From the NCBI GenBank assembly GCA_001785445.1, contig MFTV01000010.1, forward strand, positions 101,566 through 165,565: a stretch of 64,000 nucleotides of DNA, read 5' to 3'. The notes beneath the pieces are model-generated. The model was not told the DNA's origin and did no database searches. It worked only from the letters and a program-made list of their open reading frames with translations. Positions 18,878 to 25,495 of the stretch are shown in pieces. Numbering within the stretch: position 1 is the stretch's first letter; each line of letters begins with the position of its first letter. The stretch is from Candidatus Nomurabacteria bacterium RIFCSPHIGHO2_02_40_30 (GTDB lineage Bacteria; Patescibacteriota; Minisyncoccia; Phycocordibacterales; UBA9973). A program made the position numbers and the translations under genes.

Positions 18878-19171
18878 ATGAAAAAAGTTAACATAGATAA
18901 CCTAAGAGGCACAGAATTTCAGAAAAAGGTATGGAAAGAAATTCTTAAAATTCCCGAAGGTGAAACAATTACTTATAAAGAACTGGCGAAGCGTATTGAG
19001 AAACAAAAAGCTATCAGAGCAGTAGCTAATGCTGTGGGAGCTAATCCTGCGCTTGTACTTATCCCGTGCCACAGAGTTGTTAGGAGTGACGGTTCACTTG
19101 GTGGGTATTCAGGTAAAGGTGGAATTAAAACCAAGCTCAAACTTTTAAATAAAGAAGGGGTTGCATTTTAA
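18878..19171 (+). CDS. ogt: methylated-DNA--protein-cysteine methyltransferase, single-domain form
   Basis: Active-site PCHRV and a preceding helix-turn-helix (TYKELAKRI...AVANAVGANP). Confidence 0.8.
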   Translation: MKKVNIDNLRGTEFQKKVWKEILKIPEGETITYKELAKRIEKQKAIRAVANAVGANPALVLIPCHRVVRSDGSLGGYSGKGGIKTKLKLLNKEGVAF

Positions 19172-19200
19172 TTTTTTGTAGAAAATGCTAGAATAAATTT

Positions 19201-19629
19201 ATGCAAAACAAAATTACAAAAGAAGATATGCGTAGCTTGGCTCCAGCTATTGTGCGAGTGGGTGTATCTGTTGTTTTTATTTGGTTCGGTTATCAGCAGC
19301 TCATTGATGCCAGCTCTTGGACAGTCTTGGTGCCCTCTTGGGTCACGTCGTTTTCTGGCACAAATGCGGTTAGTTTTATTTATTTGAATGGTATATTTGA
19401 AGTTGTTTTTGGTATATGTTTGCTCTTAGGACTATTTACCAAAACTGTGGGTTTCTTACTTGCCCTGCATATGCTCCATATAACATATTTAGTAGGATAC
19501 AATGACGTGGGGGTACGGGATTTTGGTCTATCGCTCTCAACAATAGCGGTATTTCTGCACGGGGCTGACTCTTGGTGTGTTGATAAATATTTAACGAAGG
19601 TAAACCTACCTTCTGCGCGCCATCTCTAG
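19201..19629 (+). CDS. DoxX-family membrane protein
   Basis: Four hydrophobic helices with a DoxX-like pattern (VFIWFGYQQL, LLLGLFTK). Confidence 0.6.
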   Translation: MQNKITKEDMRSLAPAIVRVGVSVVFIWFGYQQLIDASSWTVLVPSWVTSFSGTNAVSFIYLNGIFEVVFGICLLLGLFTKTVGFLLALHMLHITYLVGYNDVGVRDFGLSLSTIAVFLHGADSWCVDKYLTKVNLPSARHL

Positions 19630-20202
19630 ATTATGTAACGTTTTTTCTCTGACCAGTTCTCTAAAATCTAGGTCTTCCTTGTATTGAATAGGCACTAAAT
19701 TGGGGCAGTCTTTTAAACTAACGTCATTTAGAAATTTAGGTTTATCATCAAAAAAAACTACTTGCTCATCTTTATGGCTCGCGCATATCATAGAAATTAT
19801 TTCGTTTTTGCTTTCTGTAACCACATATGTTTGAGAAAAATATATGGACACCCCGCTCCTGTCCAGTTTGTCTTGTTGAAATTCTTTTCCACCATAAGTT
19901 ACTAAATAGCAATTATTTTTTCCCAATCTTTCTATCTCATCCAGTAATTCATTATTTATAAAGTTCGGGCATTCAGACATTATCTCTTCGTAAATATCTT
20001 CCATCTTTTTATCTATCTTTCCGCGCTTAAGCAAAGTAGAGATGAAGTTTTTTAACGAAAACTCCTTTTCACGAACTTCTGTGTAATATGTTTCCGCCAC
20101 AGTACGAGAGATACCAGCTTTTTCTAAACACTTATATATGTGCTCTTTAAACTGCTTGGTATTATTGAACAACACGTCATCAAAGTCAAAAATGTATTTC
20201 AT
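19606..20202 (-). CDS. HAD-superfamily hydrolase
   Basis: N-terminal IFDFDDVLF (DxD nucleophile motif) and FFDDKP near the C-terminus. Confidence 0.6.
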   Translation of the reverse strand: MKYIFDFDDVLFNNTKQFKEHIYKCLEKAGISRTVAETYYTEVREKEFSLKNFISTLLKRGKIDKKMEDIYEEIMSECPNFINNELLDEIERLGKNNCYLVTYGGKEFQQDKLDRSGVSIYFSQTYVVTESKNEIISMICASHKDEQVVFFDDKPKFLNDVSLKDCPNLVPIQYKEDLDFRELVREKTLHNLEMARRR

Positions 20203-20203
20203 A

Positions 20204-21058
20204 TTATTTTTTATTTATTATTTTACTAATAGCTTGTGCCAACTTGGACGAATCATGACGAATAAGACTTCTTTTCATTATATCTCCAGATATTGGTATT
20301 ATAGTTTCTTTAGATCTAAGGGGGGCTTCACCTTTAATTAAATTGTCTACTGGTCTTCCTAGATAAAATTCCAGTTTATCCAAATAGGTATTTGTATCTT
20401 CTCCTTTTAAATTTTCTATAGCGATAACTTTCCCTCGACTTTTTAATAAAGATTCTTTAAATCCTTCTACGATTAGATTAGGTACAATGGAACCATAAAA
20501 ATTTCCAGGACAAATTACTATATAATCTGCTTCCTGAATTGCCTTTGCAGCTTTTGGATTTAGTTGCACTTTATTCCTATAAAAAATTTTCCTCACATCT
20601 ACAATTTTCAAATCACTGGTACTGATTTTACTTTCACCCTCTATTTTTTGACCGTTGGTAAGTAGAACACCCAATTGTGCATCATCTAAAGTAACAGGGA
20701 TAATAGTACCTTTTGGTTTTAGAAATTTCGTAGCTATTTCTAAGGCTTCCTCAAAATTTCCTGTTAACTTTTCCAGACCAGCTATAAACCAATTTCCAAT
20801 CATGTGACCATCTGTATTTCTATGTTTTAAAAACTCATACATTTCTGTATTAAGAGTAAGAGCGGAGAAACATTGCCTAATATCTCCCATTGGATGAACT
20901 CCAAATTTCTCTCGTAGAATACCAGTAGAACCACCATCATCTGCCATAGATGCAACTGCGAAAATAGAAATATTTGTAATGTTTTTTAATCCAGATAGTA
21001 GCCTGTAGCTACCTGTACCGCCACCTATAGTAACGATATTTTTAACTTTAGATTGCAT
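20204..21058 (-). CDS. YvcK/CofD-family protein (gluconeogenesis factor / GlmR-like)
   Basis: IVTIGGGTGSYRLLSGLK and DDGGSTG motifs of the UPF0052/CofD family. Confidence 0.75.
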   Translation of the reverse strand: MQSKVKNIVTIGGGTGSYRLLSGLKNITNISIFAVASMADDGGSTGILREKFGVHPMGDIRQCFSALTLNTEMYEFLKHRNTDGHMIGNWFIAGLEKLTGNFEEALEIATKFLKPKGTIIPVTLDDAQLGVLLTNGQKIEGESKISTSDLKIVDVRKIFYRNKVQLNPKAAKAIQEADYIVICPGNFYGSIVPNLIVEGFKESLLKSRGKVIAIENLKGEDTNTYLDKLEFYLGRPVDNLIKGEAPLRSKETIIPISGDIMKRSLIRHDSSKLAQAISKIINKK

Positions 21059-21104
21059 TTGTAGATATTAGCCTAAATTGCTAATTTTTGCTATTGTAAT
21101 TCGT

Positions 21105-22949
21105 ATGTGTGGCATCGTTGGATACATTGGCAAAAAACAGGCCTACCCGGTTCTAATCAAAGGATTGGAACGGCTGGAGTACCGTGGCTATGACTCTGCG
21201 GGAGTAGCACTTTTAGAGAATGGTGCTTTTTCGGTATACAAGAAAAAGGGTAAAGTAGCAGAATTGTCGAAATTTGTAAAAAATAAAAATATCAAGAATT
21301 TTTCCGGTGGAGTTGGCATAGCGCATACTCGCTGGGCAACTCATGGCATTCCATCAGACAGAAACGCTCATCCACACTTATCTAATAATGGGGACATTGT
21401 TATAGTGCACAATGGAATAATCGAAAATTATCTTTCGATAAAAAAAGTTCTATTAAAAAAGAATTATAAATTTAAATCTGATACGGATACCGAAGTTTTA
21501 GCAAACTTAATCGAAGATATAAAAAATAATGCGAAGGTAAGTATTGATGAGGCGGTACGTCTAGCACTTTTACAGGTGACCGGAGCTTACGCGATTTTAG
21601 TATTGTCGAAAGATGAACCGAACACGATGGTAGTGGCAAAAATAGGTTCTCCTGCCGTGGTAGGAATAGGCAAAGGGGAGTTTTTCGTAGCTTCTGACGC
21701 CACGCCAATTGTTGAACATACGAAAAAAGTGGTGTATTTGGAAGATAGGGAAATAGCTATAATAAAAAACGGCAAACTTAGAATAAAAACCATAGATAAT
21801 AAAATAAAAAATCTTTATGTCCAGAAACTTGAAACAAAAATCGAAGAACTGGAAAAGAACGGTTTCCCTCATTTTATGCTCAAGGAGATATTTGAACAGC
21901 CGGAATCACTGCGCAACACAATGCGAGGAAGAATTCTGGTGGATAAAGGTGGCATTAAATTTGGCGGATTGGAGAAATTTGGAAAAGAGCTTCGCTCACT
22001 GAAAAGTCTCACTATCACAGCTATGGGCACCGCACGTTTTACCGGTCTTGTCGGTGAATACGCATTTGAAGAACTAGCAAAAATCCCTACAAAGGTTGAA
22101 TACAGCTCTGAATTTGCTTACCGTGATGCGTCGGTTGACATAAACACGGGGTTTATTGCAATTTCACAATCCGGAGAGACTGCCGATACTTTAAATGCCG
22201 TTAAGGAAGCTAAAAGAAAAAATATGTTGACTTTGGGTGTAGTAAACGTCATCGGTTCAAGTATTGCTAGAGCCGTAGACGCTGGTATTTACAACCATGC
22301 AGGGCCGGAAACAGCTGTAGCAAGTACTAAAGCTTCGACTTCGCAAGTGCTTATTCTCATCATGCTTGCCGTTTATCTAGGGAGAATGCGTGATTTATCA
22401 AAGGCTAAAGCTCAAGAGATCTTAAAAGAAATGCAAAGACTTCCGAATTTAGCAGAAAAAATTCTAAAAAATGCCAATGAAATAAAAAAACTTGCGAAAA
22501 AATACAGCAAAAATAATAATTTCTTTTTCCTTGGTCGCAAATATAATGCCGGAGCTGCCATGGAAGGGGCATTAAAGCTCAAAGAATGTTCTTACATTCA
22601 TGCCGAAGGAATAAATGCCACCGAGCTCAAACACGGACCGCTTTCACTGATTGATAAAAATTTCCCATCACTTGTTATAGCACCGAATGACAGTATGTAT
22701 GAAAAAAGCAAAACTGGAATTCAAGAAATAAAAGCTCGCGGCGGGCGTGTGATAGCCGTCGCCACTGAAGGCAACAGGGAGATTAAAACAATCGCTGATG
22801 ATGTAATTTATATTCCAAAAACTCTTGAGATTCTGACTCCGATTCTGGCTTTTATTCCAATGCAACTCTTTGCCTACTATATAGCGGTTGAACGTGGTAA
22901 TGATGTCGATAAGCCAAGGAATTTGGCAAAGTCTGTAACAGTGGAATAA
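21105..22949 (+). CDS. glmS: glutamine--fructose-6-phosphate aminotransferase
   Basis: Start trimmed to MCGIVGYIG (Ntn catalytic Cys2). Two SIS domains and a C-terminal KPRNLAKSVTVE. Confidence 0.95.
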   Translation: MCGIVGYIGKKQAYPVLIKGLERLEYRGYDSAGVALLENGAFSVYKKKGKVAELSKFVKNKNIKNFSGGVGIAHTRWATHGIPSDRNAHPHLSNNGDIVIVHNGIIENYLSIKKVLLKKNYKFKSDTDTEVLANLIEDIKNNAKVSIDEAVRLALLQVTGAYAILVLSKDEPNTMVVAKIGSPAVVGIGKGEFFVASDATPIVEHTKKVVYLEDREIAIIKNGKLRIKTIDNKIKNLYVQKLETKIEELEKNGFPHFMLKEIFEQPESLRNTMRGRILVDKGGIKFGGLEKFGKELRSLKSLTITAMGTARFTGLVGEYAFEELAKIPTKVEYSSEFAYRDASVDINTGFIAISQSGETADTLNAVKEAKRKNMLTLGVVNVIGSSIARAVDAGIYNHAGPETAVASTKASTSQVLILIMLAVYLGRMRDLSKAKAQEILKEMQRLPNLAEKILKNANEIKKLAKKYSKNNNFFFLGRKYNAGAAMEGALKLKECSYIHAEGINATELKHGPLSLIDKNFPSLVIAPNDSMYEKSKTGIQEIKARGGRVIAVATEGNREIKTIADDVIYIPKTLEILTPILAFIPMQLFAYYIAVERGNDVDKPRNLAKSVTVE

Positions 22950-22959
22950 AATATAATAT

Positions 22960-23295
22960 ATGAACATAACCTCAAAAAAAGAGAATAAGGCGTATGCAAT
23001 AAAAATTGTGGCAGAAGAAAACGGTAATATTTTAGGTGGAGCCTATTTATATATTATGTTTAATGATTTACACACCAAGCCGTTTGGGTTTTTAGAGAAT
23101 GTTTTTGTTAAAGAGGAGTATCGTGGAGGAGGCATCGGTTCTAAATTAGTTGAGGCTGTGATAGAAGAAGCAAAAAAGCAAGGTTGCTACAAAATAATTG
23201 GTACAAGTCGTAATACTAACTCTAAAGTTCATGATTTCTATAAAAAACTAAACTTTAAGGATTATGGTAAAGAATACAGAATAGATTTAATTTGA
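22960..23295 (+). CDS. GNAT-family N-acetyltransferase
   Basis: Acetyl-CoA-binding motif YRGGGIGSKLVEAVIEEAKKQG. Confidence 0.7.
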   Translation: MNITSKKENKAYAIKIVAEENGNILGGAYLYIMFNDLHTKPFGFLENVFVKEEYRGGGIGSKLVEAVIEEAKKQGCYKIIGTSRNTNSKVHDFYKKLNFKDYGKEYRIDLI

Positions 23296-23309
23296 TATAA
23301 TGCAAACAT

Positions 23310-24254
23310 ATGGAAAAGATTTTAGTAATTGGCGCATGCGGGCAAATAGGAGTGGAGCTGACTTTGGCTCTGCGAGAAAAATACGGCAATGAAAATGTGA
23401 TAGCCTCTGATATTCGGGAAGAAAGTGAAATTCTTAAGGGTACAGGCCCTTTCGTCGTCCTTGACGCCATGGACCACGAAGCGACTAGAGCCTTGGTAAA
23501 AAAAGAGAGTATAACTACCATTTACTTGCTGGCGGCTCTTCTCTCTGTGACTGGTGAAAAAAATCCTGCTTTATGTTGGGGTTTAAATATGGGAGCCTTG
23601 AGGCAAATTCTTGACTTAGGTATAGAAGAAAAATTAAAAATATTTTGGCCTAGCTCTATTGCTGTTTTTGGAGCAACTACTCCACAGGATAACACTCCCC
23701 AAAAAACAATTATTGAACCAACAACTATGTATGGCATCACTAAATACGCCGGAGAACTTTTATGTCAATACTACAATAAACGCCTTGGGCTTGATGTGAG
23801 GAGTGTGCGCTACCCGGGGCTAATCAGTTGGAAAACCGAGCCGGGAGGAGGAACTACTGACTACGCTGTAGAAATATTTTATGGAGCTCTCAAGGAGGGC
23901 AAGTATACTAGTTTTCTTTCAGAAAATACCTACTTGCCAATGATGTACATGGACGATGCTATTGCTGCCACACTTCAAATAATGGAAGTATCCAAAGAAA
24001 AAATAAAAATAGCGATGGCTTACAACTTGTCGGCTATAAGTTTTTCACCAAAAGAAATTGCCGAAGCTATAAAAAAACAAATTCCCAATTTTGAGATAAG
24101 CTATGCTCCAGATTCTCGCCAAGCTATTGCTGATTCTTGGCCACAAAGCATTGATGACAGCTCTGCGCGCGCAGATTGGGGCTGGAAACATGAATACGAT
24201 TTATCAAAGATGGTAGACACAATGCTAAAGAATTTAAAAGAAAAGTTAAAATAG
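23310..24254 (+). CDS. tdh: L-threonine 3-dehydrogenase, SDR/epimerase type
   Basis: GACGQIG Rossmann motif. GGGTTDYAVEIF and SWPQSIDDSSARADWGWKHEYDL match my memory of the mammalian/Flavobacterium-type TDH. Confidence 0.85.
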   Translation: MEKILVIGACGQIGVELTLALREKYGNENVIASDIREESEILKGTGPFVVLDAMDHEATRALVKKESITTIYLLAALLSVTGEKNPALCWGLNMGALRQILDLGIEEKLKIFWPSSIAVFGATTPQDNTPQKTIIEPTTMYGITKYAGELLCQYYNKRLGLDVRSVRYPGLISWKTEPGGGTTDYAVEIFYGALKEGKYTSFLSENTYLPMMYMDDAIAATLQIMEVSKEKIKIAMAYNLSAISFSPKEIAEAIKKQIPNFEISYAPDSRQAIADSWPQSIDDSSARADWGWKHEYDLSKMVDTMLKNLKEKLK

Positions 24255-24257
24255 TTT

Positions 24258-25484
24258 ATGTATTCTAAAAAACTGGTTGAAAATATAGAAAATGAATTGG
24301 AGGCTTTGAAAGGAGCTGGGAAGTTCAAGGTAGAAAGAGAACTTGAAGGAGCGCAAGGTGCAGAAGTAAATATTGCTGGTAAGAAGGTTTTAATGTTCGC
24401 CTCAAATAATTATTTGGGTTTAGCGAATCATCCAGAAATTATAAAAGCCAGCAAGGAAGCTGTGGACAAATACGGCTTTGGTCTTTCTTCGGTTAGATTT
24501 ATCGCTGGCACAGAAACAATACACAAGACTTTGGAAAAAAAGTTAGCAGAATTTTTAGGTACAGAAGATGCCATTCTTTACTCTACGAACTTTATGGCCA
24601 ATTTAGGATTTTTTGCCACCATGACCAATGAAGCTTTCGGTGACGAGACGAGCCATCTAGATGCAATCTATAGTGACGAACTGAATCATGCCAGCATCAT
24701 TGACGCTTTCAAGCTTTGTAAAAAAGAAAATGTAGTAAAGAGAATTTATCCGCACGGTGATATTCCAACGCTCGAGCAAATGCTAGAAGAAGACAAGAGC
24801 AAGAATTACAGATTTAAAATAATCGTAACTGACGGAGTTTTCTCAATGGAAGGGTATTTAGCGAATTTACCGGAAATAAAAAAGCTTGCAGAAAAATATG
24901 AGGCACTGCTTTTCGTAGATGATGCTCATGCAGTAGGAGTACTTGGCAAAACTGGGGCTGGCACACCGGAGTATTACGATTTGCATGGCAAAATTGATAT
25001 TCTGTCAGGAACTTTCGGCAAAGCGCTCGGCGGAGCAATTGGCGGATATATTGCCGGTAAGGCTGAAATAGTAGAACTACTTCGCCAGAAATCTCGTACT
25101 TATCTTTTCTCAAACTCTTTACCTCCTTCTGTAGTCATGGCATCAATTAAAGCGTTAGACTTATTAAAAGAAGAGCTGGAACTTTTAAATAAAGTTATAG
25201 AAAATTCAGAATACTTTAGAGAGGAAGTAAAAAAGTTAGGCTTCAATGTTTTGGAAGGCAACCACCCTATAGTCCCTGTGATGCTAAGTGACGCAGGGCT
25301 GACACAGAAAGTGAGTAGAAAGTTATTAGATAATGGACTTTATGTGGTGGGGCTTTGGTTTCCAGTTGTGCCGGAAGGTGCCGCCCGACTACGCTTTCAA
25401 ATCTCTGCTGCGCACACAAAAGGACAAATCGACCAAGCCATAGAGATAATGCGAGAGGTTGGCAAAGAAATGAAAATAATATAA
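24258..25484 (+). CDS. kbl: 2-amino-3-ketobutyrate CoA ligase (glycine C-acetyltransferase)
   Basis: Alpha-oxoamine synthase pattern: NNYLGL, DDAHAVG, and SGTFGKALGG with the PLP-binding Lys. Confidence 0.85.
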   Translation: MYSKKLVENIENELEALKGAGKFKVERELEGAQGAEVNIAGKKVLMFASNNYLGLANHPEIIKASKEAVDKYGFGLSSVRFIAGTETIHKTLEKKLAEFLGTEDAILYSTNFMANLGFFATMTNEAFGDETSHLDAIYSDELNHASIIDAFKLCKKENVVKRIYPHGDIPTLEQMLEEDKSKNYRFKIIVTDGVFSMEGYLANLPEIKKLAEKYEALLFVDDAHAVGVLGKTGAGTPEYYDLHGKIDILSGTFGKALGGAIGGYIAGKAEIVELLRQKSRTYLFSNSLPPSVVMASIKALDLLKEELELLNKVIENSEYFREEVKKLGFNVLEGNHPIVPVMLSDAGLTQKVSRKLLDNGLYVVGLWFPVVPEGAARLRFQISAAHTKGQIDQAIEIMREVGKEMKII

Positions 25485-25495
25485 AGTGTATTTAT

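Noticed and set aside
21059-21104. I looked for known cis-regulatory RNAs: a glmS ribozyme before glmS, T-boxes before serS and lysS, L-box lysine riboswitches before lysA and dapB, and a purine riboswitch before the pur genes.
   Set aside because: The available leaders are far too short for these elements: 46 nt for glmS, 17 nt for serS, 95 nt for lysA and dapB, and 11 nt for purL. I saw none of their hallmark sequences.
25355-25495. Upstream extension of the purL ORF overlapping kbl by 130 nt. Similar over-long starts occur at glmS (21078, TTG), guaB (35256), trxB (60264, TTG), the DUF4430 gene (61535), the aspartokinase (52690), and the two island genes (11696 and 17672).
   Set aside because: The extensions have no homology-like sequence and overlap upstream genes, a riboswitch or structured elements. 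In every case a conserved N-terminal motif begins at a downstream ATG.
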